From contig DF237430.1 of the NCBI GenBank assembly GCA_000708835.1, positions 6,669 through 70,668 of the forward strand: a DNA stretch of 64,000 bases. Reading direction: 5' to 3'. The translations under genes and the position numbers were made by a program. Positions within the stretch are counted from its first letter, which is position 1. Every line of letters starts with the position of its first letter. Of the stretch, positions 12,801-25,505 are shown piece after piece. The notes below the pieces were generated by a model. It did no database searches. It was not told the origin of the DNA and saw only the letters and a program-made list of their open reading frames with translations. The stretch is from Klebsormidium nitens. Lineage: Eukaryota > Plantae > Klebsormidiophyceae.

Positions 12801-15424
12801 TGTGCGCTTGGATGTCGCAAGGATGTCAACGTTCTTGACAACTGGTAATTGGTGCGCGCTTGTTCTCAGGTGATGGAGTTCGTCAACTGCATCGCAAGGA
12901 TTGTACATATGGAGGTTTCGTTGCACGGCGGCAGCGCAAACAAGGTAGGGTTGGAATTCCGGCTGAGTCTGGCCGCTCGATTTGCTTTTTCGCATTCATT
13001 TTTCAAGCTATTACTTGCTGGTATGGCACCTCAAATCTTTATCAACTTCTAGCTCATCGAATCGTACCCTGTTTGAATCAACACATTTCAGCGATGCTTA
13101 AGCATATGTTTCATGCAGAATCGGAGGGCGTCTCTGCCTGGCATGGTGTTCAACTTTTACGCCCCTTTGCTTAAACCACTGGTGCTTTGCTCGATGACCC
13201 CAAGCAAAGACATGAGCATGCTCTTTGCTTGCTGGGCACGGTTATAAACCCTTCTCTTCCTGTTTCTCTGTCAGAACATTGGGGATGCCTTCCTGCTGGT
13301 CTGGAAATTTCCAGCCAGCATCGACTACACCGGGGGAATATTTGAGAACGAAACGGACAAAGTGGAGGTGCAAAGGGTAGGTAGTACTCATCAGCCCTCG
13401 CAGGGTAATTCTATGGTGAAAGCCCTCTGCTTCTTCGGGTCTTTGAGCACCTCTGCTTGCAAAGGATGACTCCTGTCAGGATACGGGCAGTGTTCTAGAC
13501 CTAAGTGAGGCAGTCAGAGCTACAATCGAGTTCGAAACGTGTCCGCAGGTTGCGGACCGCGCGCTGGCGGCTTTCTTGGCCATCCAGGCAGCACTGAGGC
13601 GCAGTGCCAAGCTGGGCCAGTTCTCGTACCATCCGGGCCTTTTAAAAAGGTTCAAGGTGGACCGCTTCGAGGTGGGCTCCTCTAATGACGAACTTCTGTA
13701 GCCTCTGCAAACCAATATTCTTTGGTTGTGTCCTTCGTCGTCGATTAAGCATTGAGCATGATGCAAAGCTCAGTGCCGTCCAACGAGAGATTTCCAGCCG
13801 AGAGTCTATAACGCATGCATCTTCGGTCCTGGTGATAATCTCCTTTTCTTATCAGGAAAGGTAGACAGAGCTTCCCTTTGCTGGATGCGACGAAATAATG
13901 GATACGCCGTCCGCAGGTTTCGAGTTTCCCATGACTTGCTGTCCAGATCAAGATGGGGTTCGGCCTGCACGTGGGGTGGGCCATCGAGGGTGCCATCGGG
14001 TCCGAGTACAAGATCGACGCGTCGTACCTGTCACCCAACGTAAACATGGCGTCCCGCCTGGAGGCCGCCACAAAGCAGTTCGGCGTGCCTCTGCTCATGA
14101 GCGAGGCGTTCTTCGACATTCTGTCGCCCAAGACAAGGCGGCGCGTGCGCCAGATTGACACCGTGTCGGTCAAAGGTGAGGCCCCCGCTCGCTCGCTGCG
14201 CCCACACGAGAAGCTTCCCCGGATGCTACTAACTCATGAAAGCCGGGTCGACGTCCGAGCCACGGTCAAAGAGACGCCCTCTTCTGAGAAGCACTCGTTT
14301 CAGCAGTCCCTCTTCTTATGCTGCAGGGAGCGAGATGCCGGTTGGCTTGTTCACCTACGACGTCAATGTGGAGGCAATCCCAAGGCCAGCAAGCTTCATC
14401 GGTAAGCAGGACATTCTGGGCTTCGTTTATCAAGCGGTTGCCGTGCTTCCGTGCCTGTCTTAGGAATACGATAGAGAAGTTTTACGCATCTGGACTTCCT
14501 GCATGTCCTTCAAACGCCAGCGTTTGCTAAGTTCCACTGGCAGCTGTCAGCTTGGGTGCCGTTCCTCCGCTTACCTCTGCACAGACTGCTGTGTTGACGA
14601 GCCCTATCAATGGATTCGGAACAAGCGGCTTGGCCACGTGACTCTTGGTGGCAGTACAGAGGACGGCCTTCTCTTGCAGACCCCAACGTGTTGCATGGGC
14701 CAGAGGACAGCCCCAGCTGTCAGGACTTCGACGACGAGTTTGAGGAGCACGAGGACATCGTCAACATGACCGTCAAAGATAATGAGTTCCTCTTTGTGTA
14801 CAAGAAGGGGTGAGCTGCTGTCTTGGGTTGTTCCCTTTCGCTTCTAGTCCTCTGATGGACTCGTTCTCCTGTTGTAGCACTTTCGTCCATCTTTTCCTTC
14901 TTAGACAGCTCAATCTGCTCTTTTTGCTTCAGCAGCTCGTGAATCACGTGGATCCTCAACGTTCGAGTTGAAATCCGTGGTCTTTCATGTTATTGGCAGA
15001 GGTTTTAACTAGTAGTCAGCCGTGCTAAGTATGACCATGAGATTTGCCATTCAAGCGTTGTACAGAAACTCCAACCGGAACGGACATTTATCCAGGCGCA
15101 GCTCTGCATCCGCACGCCTTCAGATTCGATCGCGAATAACCAGATTTATCAAATAACTGTTCACTGGTGCTTGTGCTCTAACCAGAGTTGTACGCTTATG
15201 TTGCTCAGTGTGCGTGCTTGCGTCCCTGCAGGCTCGACATGTACAAGATAGGCAAGTGGGAGGATGCTCGAACCCACTTCGAGCAGTGCGAAACAATGCG
15301 GCGAGATCACCGGGGACATGTGCTCAGGGACGGCCCGAGCCGGACCCTTCTTGACTATTTGGCAACGCACAACAACCGGGCACCGGGTAGATGGAAAGGC
15401 TATAGGGAGCTCACAGACAAGTAG
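6866..15424 (+). CDS. Ion-channel (voltage-sensor)-fused class III adenylyl cyclase with C-terminal TPR-like tail; roughly 20 exons, start uncertain
   Basis: TM exons: VVFFTILTVYSLLGDD, FYFFLDLISTASLLLD, S4-like RAGRASRAGAKAGRIIRIIRLVRLV (10351-10425), IHLIVIVLLML, TIFVCFVLGLGSMLF. Then LLAIGFGDAG and catalytic AIFGFCDIRQFT, SANK|NIGDAFLLVWK, GLHVGWAIEGAIGSEYKIDASYLSPNVNMASRLEAATK. C-terminus ...GKWEDARTHFEQ...WKGYRELTDK*. Upstream low-complexity exons (6866-9020) are assigned by splice signals only. Confidence 0.9.
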
Positions 15425-16754
15425 CTTAAGCATAGGAGTAGTTGAAAATGCGGAACAAGTGCATGACGCACTGCACTGTACTTACTGAGTAGGAGTAGGT
15501 TAGAAGGACACGCTCGCAAGCTGCGACAGGCAGAGTTGAGGAATCGGTATTGATTTGCAGCCCCATACGGTCGGAATCGGTAACGAGAAATTGTATATTG
15601 AGAGCTTACTCTGGTAAAGAGAGTGATTGTTGATCCTCTTTCGATGGAGCACTGCGATTTCAGTGTTAGGAGAGTCAGCATTTGCAAGCAGAACTTAAAG
15701 CGAACTCCTTTGAGTGTCTGACGTGTTTGCCTTGTCTTACGAAATTGTTGTCAGCGGCTCCTAAGAATGTCCGAGACAGAGCTCATGCAACTCTTCCCAG
15801 GATTCGATGATCTTCTGAAAATCGGCTCGCTGTATATATCATTCTTTGACAGGAGCTCGGTCACTTAACAGCCAGTTGTGATCTAGATAAACTAAAATCT
15901 GATCACATGAACTGTACTAGACACAGTGGGTAGCCGTAGGATCGATCGATGCCATAATGCCAGATGGGCTTCTCCCTAGTACGGCGCAGCCAAGCGTTTT
16001 GACAGTAGCTTCATCAGATCAGCAGCCAGATATGCTCGGACGGTTCCCGGACGGTTATCTACTGTACTGATCAAGTACTGATATGTCATCGGCAGGTACT
16101 AAGCCCCGGTCCGACCCCATGCAGCTCCATCCGCCGACCGCTTTCAAGTTTCAGGTTCTCGGCTCTGGGCCCTGGGCCCCCGGGGGTTGTTTGTGAGAAT
16201 CTCGACAATGATTGGAATAAGACGATATGATGACATTCTCGTCGTGTGTCGTACCTACTACCTAGGTATGCATCGCGGCCGTCCAATATTTCCGTCTCAC
16301 TAACGGGGCGCACGTGTGAGAGCTTACGTAACGAACGAAGTTGCACCCCAACTTCGGAAGCTCGAGGCCCCGTAAACGCTGCGGACCGCTGGACGCCTGG
16401 TTATCCGCTCACAGAGGTGATGCCGTATACTTGAATAACGGGCCTTTACGATCAGCATTATGACGTCGGTTTCGCAGTGAGAGGTGCATGTGAAAGTTTA
16501 CAGTACGAGAGTGAGCGCACAACTTTACCCTAGCTGACGGTGTTCTCAAGTCGGAGGAAGGTAGTCGTGCTCGCTGAAAAGTTGTGAATGGTGCGGCGGC
16601 TCCAAGCTCAGTCCAAGTTGCCTTGCAATGTTCCATCACTAGGGGTGCGCAGTCTAGACGAAGCAAACGCGTCTGGATTGCAGGAATATAGCACGCATCT
16701 GGAAAATCACAGAACAGGTGCCGCTCTTTTGCATGGACCCATTGAAGAGCCTTC

Positions 16755-16761
16755 TATAAAA
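16755..16761 (+). promoter_or_regulatory. Candidate TATA box of the Patched-related gene
   Basis: TATAAAA about 155 bp upstream of the ATG at 16910; a G-box CACGTG lies at 16311-16316. Motif match only. Confidence 0.35.
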
Positions 16762-16909
16762 CCTTCAACCATCACACAAACTTTGAAGTGCCGCTCTATA
16801 AGCCCAGACGGCGCGCTTCCATCAGCAGCATCAGAGTCCAAGCACGCAAAGACCACTGCAAAGCTTTCCAGCTACTTCATTTCAGCATCGCGCTCGTTTT
16901 GGAGGCGCA

Positions 16910-19900
16910 ATGGCGGAGAAGAATGCCCCCGAAGAGCGCGGTTGCCACATTCCGCTGCTGACGCCCCTCAACAACCAGCTCAAGAAGTTTGGAGTTATGG
17001 TGGACGACGGGCTTAAGGCCACTTTCGGGGCAGTGGGGCTGTTCACCGGAAAGCGGCCGCTGCTGGTCATCGCCGGGTCCATCCTTCTGACACTTCTGTT
17101 TGCGCTTGGCCTCCTGCGCTTCAAGGTGCGCACCTGCTTGCCGTGCGGCCTGATGAAAGAGCATTGCACAACTGAATAGAAATTCAACTGTCACCCCTTG
17201 CTTTGACTCCAGCATGCTCAGCTGAATCAGTATTGGGGATCATTTTTGGCTTCCCCACTAGCCACTATGTTTACTAAAGTTGCTTGTCGATTGTGCCTGT
17301 TCAAGGAACCGACGTCCAATTCTCTCCTCTCTTGGTATCCTCAGATCCAGAACAACCAGGAGAAGCTGTACACTCCACAGAACAGCCAGGCCTTCACTGA
17401 CAGGGCCTTTGTGAACACCATCTTCCGGTTCCCAGACCGGGAGACTGTTGTCTTCATCACAGACCCAAAAAACTCCAACAGCAACATCCTCACAAAGCCT
17501 GCACTGCTGGCTTTCCTTGATGTGTACAACAATCTGGCAAGGTAAGCTGCACTGCAGAACCAATGTGAAGCTGCCTGCTTTCAGGAGAATCTGAGTCTGT
17601 TTACTGCAAGCATGTAACATGCTTCTTGGTTTGATTAATACATTGAACTGCAAATCTGTAGAAGCCACACAATTTGAGCTGCTGAAAGCACCACCAACAG
17701 GTTATGGGTGCTCCAAACCAATCATTGACCTTGTCCTGCTTTCATCTCTGACTGTGAATCAATGCAACGACACTCAGATAATGACGCACTGGGGTACTAC
17801 ACTTTCTCTGCATTTAACGGCATTCTGGTCAATCACAGTTGTGAGCATCTTGTCTCATCCATACGCAGTCTCTGAGTTTCGAACTCCAACTGTCGAGTTT
17901 CTAAAGGGCAATTACAAACACTCTGTTTGCCCTCACAGCTTCAACGCCACCAACGCCGGCATCACATTCAACTTGGAGAGTCCGCGCATCTGCGACCGAC
18001 CCGGCGGCCCTGGCACACCGTGCGACATCAAAAGCGTGCTTGCATACTGGAACTACAGCGCGGCAGCCATCGAGGCAGACCCGGATATCGCACTCACGGT
18101 CTCCAACCCAGGAACTGTAAGACAGGAACATCATTCCTTGGATTCTAATGTTCCCGGGTTGTTTTAGATCTACGAGTTCTCCAAGTGTGGTTGTTGTGCA
18201 TTTCCTGTCAGGTTTGATCCCTTTCCGTGTGCACAGTCTGTGCACTATGCAATGAAGACCTGATCCATGTCAACTGCAGACCAATGCGCTTTAGGAAGCG
18301 TCCATTCAGCACCTCTTGCGGGGAGTAAGGTCACCCTCTAGATAAGACATATCTTCCTCCTCAGACACCCATTATAGAACTTTCTTTCCCGGAATGTCGA
18401 CTGTTGACGACTTGGAAAGGCGACCAGGTTCTTCGTTCACATTTCCTCGACCGCCCAACACGGATAGACCTATTTCCTTTGCAGGACGGTCTCGGCCGGT
18501 CCATCAACCGGGGGGAGGTGATGGGCGGGGTGGTGACGGACCCGGCAGGCAAGGTGGTGTCCGTGGCGGCTTTCCAGCTGAAGATCAACAACCAGAACAA
18601 CAAGCCCAAGATTGACTCCAGCTCCAAGGACGACTACGTGGAGGCCTGGGAGAAGGGCGCCATTGATGTGATCAACAAGGTGCGGATCCTCTCTTTTGTC
18701 CTCAGCAAACGGATGCCTCTTCTTGGAGCAGCTCAGGTGTTCTGATCATGTTTAAGGGAACTCAAGTCAACTTCGCAAAGGGATGAAGTTCCCTGCTCGT
18801 TTGTTGTCGGCCTGCCTCATCTTCGCTGCCAGGCTTTGGCGGCTTCTCCTGCAACAAGTCGAAAATCAGCGTTTGCTTGAGCAAGCGCTCTGAAGTTGCA
18901 CAAATCTGCTCGAACAGGCCCGAGACCAGGAGCGTGTCACCAACTCGCCGCATGCTCCTGCGTCGAGTGGCGAAGCAGCCACGAATCGTCCAGTCGTTTC
19001 TCAGCTGACGTCAGACCAGTGCCCTCGAAATCATCATACTAACCCCATCTTTCAATTCTCCCAGCACTCCCCCCGCACTGTCATCGCCCCGTACATCGCC
19101 ACCGAGTACGGCCAGCAGTACGAGTCGGACAGCGCCATCAGCGCTGACATCAGCCTGCTGGTGGTGGGCTATATCCTGCTGGCCGCTTATGGCCTCGTCG
19201 TATTGGCCAAGAACCACCCCGTCTCCAGCGCGTCCTGGCTCGCGGTCGCGTCCATCGGGAGCATTTTATTGGCCGTCGTCTGCGCCTTTGGCTTTGCCAG
19301 CGCCATCGGGACCGAGTTCAGCCTCGTCGAACAGGTGGGGCTCCGCCGCGCGAGTGCAGTCTCACGAGCAGTTTGCCTGAATGATTGAAAGCAAACTGAG
19401 TCCGATCACCTTTGTAACGCAGCGAGAGCACTCCATTTTGTAGGGGTGAGAAATTGTGTGCCCTGGAAACTGACTTCGATGCCCCGTTGAATTCGACCAT
19501 GAGCCGGGGGGTCTTTGATGCGGCCAAGCAGGTGCATAACTCTTCCGACTCAGATTGGTTGTTTTTCAATACCCAGTTGCTCTTACCCAATTCGTCCTTC
19601 AACCCAAGCCGTTCCATGCGCCCTGACCAGCGTCACTCCCTCCATCCCTAACTAAAGACTCGGAATTGCGTGATCCAGTAGACGGGCCATGTATGTTAAG
19701 CCCACTGCCCGGAAGTGGCGGGTCAGAGTGGGGTCCAGGGTGGGCACAAATGCAGAGCGGGCAAGACATGACGTTCGGGCTTTTAACCTTTTCGAAAGTG
19801 CCAGTAAAGTGTGGCCATAAAAATCGAGTTCGAGACTATTGTCCCTAACCCCCTCCCCGCTCGCTCCCCTCCGCAGGTGTTGGCGCTGCTGCTGCTTGGC

Positions 19901-22900
19901 CTGGGCACGGACGACATGCTGGTCATTATGGCGAGCCACCAGGAGACCGCCGACAAGGGCCTCTCCCTCCCGCAGCGCCTCTCCGCCACCATGGCCAAGG
20001 CCGGCCGCGGCATGTGAGCCGGCGGTCCGTCTCTTGCCGCTCAAATCTGCTCATTCCATTCGGTCCGAATGACAATTTGGAGTTGCTGCCGTCTCAGGAG
20101 GTCAGTGCCTTGACACTTGTTGTCGGTGTGAATCTACAGTAGCGGTGTGCAGATTTACGAGAAGAGAGATTCGCCTGACTGCCTGTTGTCAAGCGCGGGT
20201 CTTGTCGCCAGCCCCGCCGGGCTGACGCGTGGCGCACTCTGAGTGCAGCATTGTGACTACGTCGACCAACTTCGTGGCGTTCGCTACGGGCATCAGCTCC
20301 GAGCTGCCCGCGCTGAAGGGCTTCATGATCTACGCCGCAGCCGGGGTGAGCACCGCTGACACGTCACCCGCAGTTCGGCTGCCAGTACCTCTAGTTTGCC
20401 TGTTGAATCCTATCTTCCACCCTGTTTTGTCGAGCTTTGCTTCTACCCTCAGGGCCTGGAATGTTCGTTCATTGCAGTTGAAGTTGAGGAAACGCCCTGC
20501 TTTTTGGCCATATGCCTAAACCGTACCGCTCACGAGTCGCGGGGTCTGGCCAACCCACTTCTCCTACTGCCGTTCTGTCGAAATCTACCATCACGTTTTC
20601 TCCCAAACTGTACCCGAACTGTCAATGTTTCGAAGGAGAACACTTCGCCTCAAAGTCACGCATCCCTGCAGGTGATCTTCGTGTTCGTTTACCAGACGAC
20701 CTTCTTCGCGGCGTGCCTCCTGCTGGACATGCGCCGCCAGGCCGCCAACCGCGTCGACTGGCTCTGCTGCATACAGACCAGCCGCGGGCCTACCCGCGGT
20801 TGCGTCGGAACCTTCACCCCGGGCGGGGATAACATCAGCCAGCGACTGATCGGGAGGTACTTACCGGCCGCCATTCTGCACTGGGCGGGCAAGATTGTGG
20901 TGATGGCAATTACGGTGGGGCTGCTGGTTTTGGGGGTCGCGGGCGCGGTACAAGTGCAGCAGGTGAGGCGGCACACGTGAAGCGCTTCTAAAACGTCTTG
21001 CATACGTTCGTTCTAAAAGAAACAACAACCAATCAAAGGGTACTCTTTTCTCCTGTTCAACAAACTGTAAGAGCTGGTATTACGGGAATCGTTGGCTGTT
21101 ATCAGAACGAGTGGATTGACCAGCACCTTCATTGCACATGTATGCAACACGATTCAACTAGGAAGTGCGACTCTGATGTACACTTTTGTTCGTCTATGAC
21201 AGAACTTTGACGGCGACTGGTTCGTGCCGCAAAAGAGCTACTACCAGGACGTGCTGAAGGTGCAGAAGCAGTACTTCCAAGGTGAGCGCGCGCGGATCGA
21301 GACACCAGCCAACCCCTGCTTACTTAGAAGTTGGAGAATCAGGGAAACGCTGGAGATTTGGAATTGGCAGTGCGTCGCAGACTTATCAGTGCTCGTAGTG
21401 CTGATTGTTTTCAACGGCTCTTCTTGCGCTAGTCTGTCTAATCGACTCTTATTTTCGATCGTCCGGCGCGCGTTTGCGATATAAGATGTTTGATGCAGAT
21501 GACGGATCCAAATTCCACCAGCTTGATGCTCGCTTGTAAACGGTTTCAAAATGCTACACGCGCCAACACCGCTTTCGCCTTGTGACGCGCGCCCCTGTTC
21601 GCAGGCAACGTGGTGCCCTTCGGCGTCTACACCAAGAATTTGGCGCAGCCGCCGCTGGACTACTTCGCGCACCAGCAGGAGCTCGAGGCCATTTCCACCG
21701 AGCTCAAGGTCAGCAGCTTGAGACTGCTTGGTCCGAAGAGTTTCTCTTTGTTTCGTTGTGGGGTGCCTGGTGTTTCGCATAGTGCTTCATACTTCTAGCA
21801 AACCTGTGATTTGAAAGCTTTTCCTGAACTAAGACGTTAAGAGGCCGCGAGGGAAGGACCTCTTCCGACTGCAATCGCAACGTTGCATTTCAGCGGCTTG
21901 GCCGTTACCCCAAAACATGCCCAGCCGTCCGCACTCACCGGTTGCTTTCCGGGCGTCCGTGCAGGCCAGCCCTTACGTTGCAACCATTCCCCCGGTTGAC
22001 TCGTGGTACGCTGCTTACGTGGCGTGGCTGCCCACCAGCAGCCACGCGGCCGCGCTGTCCGCCGCGGGGCTGCCCCGGACGTCCGCCGACTTCCACGCCT
22101 GGCTCGCCGAGTTCCTGGACACGAGCGGCGCGCGGTACGTGCGTGACGTCATCTTCTTCGACGGCAACCGGACGAGCGTCAGGGCAACCAAGGTCCAGGC
22201 CTACTTCAAGAACGCGCCCAACTCGCGGTACCAGGTCAGAGAACCGGATGTGCTGCTCCGCTGATTCTCTGCCTGCTCAGAGGTTTCGTTCTTGCGCCCT
22301 TTTGCATGCAGCGAGACCAGCGAATACCTTCCTTCGTCAGCCGCGCCGCCTCGCATGCTTCTCAAGCCCCGTGAAGAGACGCCCAAAGTTGAAACCGCTT
22401 GAAAGACGAGCTGTCGGGGCTTGTCGGCAGCGACATCCACTCACCCTTTCCGGCCAATTTTCCTCTCAGTTAGATCCGACACCCTTCTTGGAAATGTTGT
22501 TGACCCTTTTTTGAGGACTGTACTTGACTAGGTTTGGGCGTTCTGAGCTCATCGAACCGTTCCTCGCCGCAGGTGGACGCCATGAATGCGGCGCGGGATA
22601 TCGCGCTCAGCGCCGCTCCCACCCTCAACGGCATCGCGTATACGGACGCGTTCCTCTTCTGGCAGGCAAGTCACTCCGTCACCTTCTCAGCAGCGGTGAC
22701 GTCACCCTGACGCCACTGTCACTGTAGCAGCCGATTGTGTCCTGCTTCGGCTCTTTAGTACTTCTTGCTATGCTTCCTCAGAAGGGCTCCGCAATCCAGC
22801 TCTAACACGCGCCTTCGGATGCAGGGCTACGAGTCGATCGTGTGGGATACGTTGCGTGACGTCATCATCGCGGGGTCGGTGGTGTTCGTCATCATGATCG

Positions 22901-24336
22901 TGCTGCTCGGGGACCTCGTGGCCGCCATCGCCGTCGGCGCCATGGTGAGAAGCCCTTCCCTTAACGGCACGCCCTTCCCTAATCACAGCCGCCAGAGTAA
23001 CCGAACGGAAGATCTCGGCAGAGCCTTTCTAGCGAGCCCGTTCTCCCTTGTCCTTCAAGAGCCCTCCATCCGCTTAGAGAGATTTCGTAGCACCTCTGAA
23101 ACGCCAAGTCGCCTGTGCTCTGGTTAGCTTACGATCTGTCCAAAGCGCTGTCACAAGCATAGTCTCTGCCCTCGCCCGAATCTCGCCAACCGGAAAAGAT
23201 AGCCAATCAGGATTTGTCAGTGCTTTGTCGGCCCATAGGCTCATTCAATCGTTTTTCCTTCTAGAGAAGGTGTTGACGGAAGATTTGTCCCCTTCCGCCG
23301 TACGTACTCAGTAGCATATGATAACAACAGTGCAGGCCGCGACAAAAGTAAAAGTACAGAAGTACGCGCTTCGCATTTCTACTGACTCTGACCTTGTACC
23401 CTAAACTCACCCATCAAACGGCCATAACCTTATCCTACCTAGCTTCTCCTTTTCCTTACCTAAGCTCTCGGCCACTCCGCGGCAGGTGGTGTGTGTGGAC
23501 GTGGAGCTGGTGGGGTCGCTGCACTGGCTGGGCCTGAGCTTCAACGCCGTGACGGCCATCAATCTGCTGCTGGCCATCGGGATCGCCGTCGACTACTCCG
23601 CATTCATCGCCTACTCCTTCATGGACTCGCACGGCTCGCGCGACGCGCGCGCCAAGAAGGCGCTCGCGCGCCTGGGCGTGGCCGTCTTCAACGGCGGCTT
23701 CACCGTCTTCCTCGCCATCGTCTGCTGCGCGGGCGCGCAGTCGTACATCTTCCGCACCTTCTTCAAGGTGAGGGGGGCAGAAAGTGCGCGCGCGCTAGCG
23801 TGCGACGCGGCTGGGACCTTTTCATGTGTGGACGGCACCGCCGCAGATTCGATTGCTTCGCTTCTCTTGAGGCGCAGCTTCAGTGAAAGTTTGAAGAGGC
23901 CAAATCCCTTTTATGTCGTCTTTGTTCCCGAGCATTGGAAATGTGAACTGCAGTAATACCCGCAATCAATAAAACAACGAGGGCTTTGGTCACAAGATCA
24001 ATCATTTGGACTTCCGCGACAGAGAGTCAAGACGATCGGAGCATTCAATCAGTGTACGCTGGAAGAAAGATCTGAGGCGCTAATTCTCTGTGATTTTTCC
24101 AGATGTTTTCGGGCATCGTGCTGCTGGGGCTGTGGCACGGCCTGGTGGCGCTCCCCGTGATCCTGAGCCTCATCGGGACGGCCCCCTACCAGAGCCTCGC
24201 GAGCTCAGACTACGCCGACAACGGCGTGCTCAACGCCCCCGCGGGGGGGAAAGACGACAAGGCCCCGGTGAAAGAGGTCGCCATGCAGGCGCCAACCGTG
24301 CCCACCATTGTTGGGAACGGCTTGTCCATTCACTGA
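16910..24336 (+). CDS. Patched-related RND-family membrane protein with sterol-sensing domain (PTCHD/PTR-like); multi-exon
   Basis: TM1 (KRPLLVIAGSILLTLLFALGL) then a luminal loop. SSD helices include LLLLGLGTDDML (TM4 GxxxDD) and IVTTSTNFVAF. The second repeat has a luminal loop, WLGLSFNAVTAINLLLAIGIAVDYSA (TM10 GxxxD), LGVAVFNGGFTVFLA, YIFRTFFKMF and GLWHGLVALPVILS. Confidence 0.9.
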
Positions 24337-24675
24337 CGCGTCTTCGAACTAGAGCTGCTATAACCGCGCTGATCGGTTTATATAAGATTGGGCGGTCGGT
24401 CAAAAAGGTCGATGGTAATGCTTAGCCCATTGCGGAAGACCATCATGGTCGATAACGTATTTTGAGGGCAATCAGCTAGGTACTCCTATTGTTATCTACT
24501 TGTACATATTTATCGATGAGGTCTACGTACATGGACCGGGTCGCACATTGCGGGAGGATTTTTGTATCATAAAGATATTTTAACCGTTTGTGATGTCTTC
24601 ATACTGAGCACATTTGGTCGACTCCTGTGGCCTTGCCAGCATCTAAAAATATAGACAAATAAGGCTGAGTCGTGC

Positions 24676-24756
24676 ATAGGCAATCGGGATTCGAACCGAT
24701 GGGAATGTGACCGGCGTTCTACAGCTTAGCACCAACTCAGTAAGAGCTGCAAGCCG
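24676..24756 (-). pseudogene. Degenerate tRNA-like / SINE-head-like segment
   Basis: Minus strand reads ...TACTGAGTTGGT... (A-box-like) ...ATCGG-TTCGAATC-CCGAT (B-box GGTTCGAATCC in a 5-bp hairpin with an 8-nt loop). No acceptor stem could be formed, so this is not a functional tRNA call. Confidence 0.25.
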
Positions 24757-25505
24757 CTGCGGCAAGCAGAAAATACGTCGCGCAATAGACATGAGGCGAA
24801 TATTGCCAAATATATATGATGCAACAAGATATATGTTGTAACCACTCAAAACATCAACCTTCTCAAGGCGCGTTGCAAAACTACATGCATCAGACGCCGC
24901 CACATGAGCACCAATATATAGACGGCTCAAACTTTCAGCATCTTAGTGCATGACGGCCATGTCATTGTACCTAATATATCGGACAAAACACCACAGTTAG
25001 CATAAGCTTATCTCAGGGCACGACACTGCATGTATAGCTATCACAAACTTAGGCTGTGCAGGCCGGCTGCAATCGAGCGGACATATAGAGCATGTGTCTA
25101 TCCTTGAGTAATGGCGGCCGCGTGCTTTCACGGTTCGTCATGTTGCGATGTCCCGACCCAACTGATTGGAAGCACTAGCCGCGCTGCGCTAATCGGACGG
25201 TCGTTCAGCGCCTATAGGAGTGCAAGCTCGGCAGATCTCGATGTCCAGCAGTGGCTTACGAAGATAGTAGGATGTTGATTCAAAGAATGTTGATTCAAAG
25301 AAAGTCAGACAGCTTTGCTTATAATCTGGGACCACTCTCTACCTTCGAGAGCTATATGCTCGAGTGCTATATAATCAACAATTGTTGCAACCTTCGGGTT
25401 CGTTCTAGTATCTCAAGTAGTGATATGCGACTTTCTTAACGGTGTGCGTGCTCAAATTGAATGCGCAGAAGTCCATCTGGAGTCTGCCAAAAATCATTGA
25501 CGGTC

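Noticed and set aside
16336-16355. Perfect 8-bp hairpin CGAAGTTG-CACC-CAACTTCG
   Set aside because: Isolated, with no CTRR end at Helitron spacing and no U-tract.
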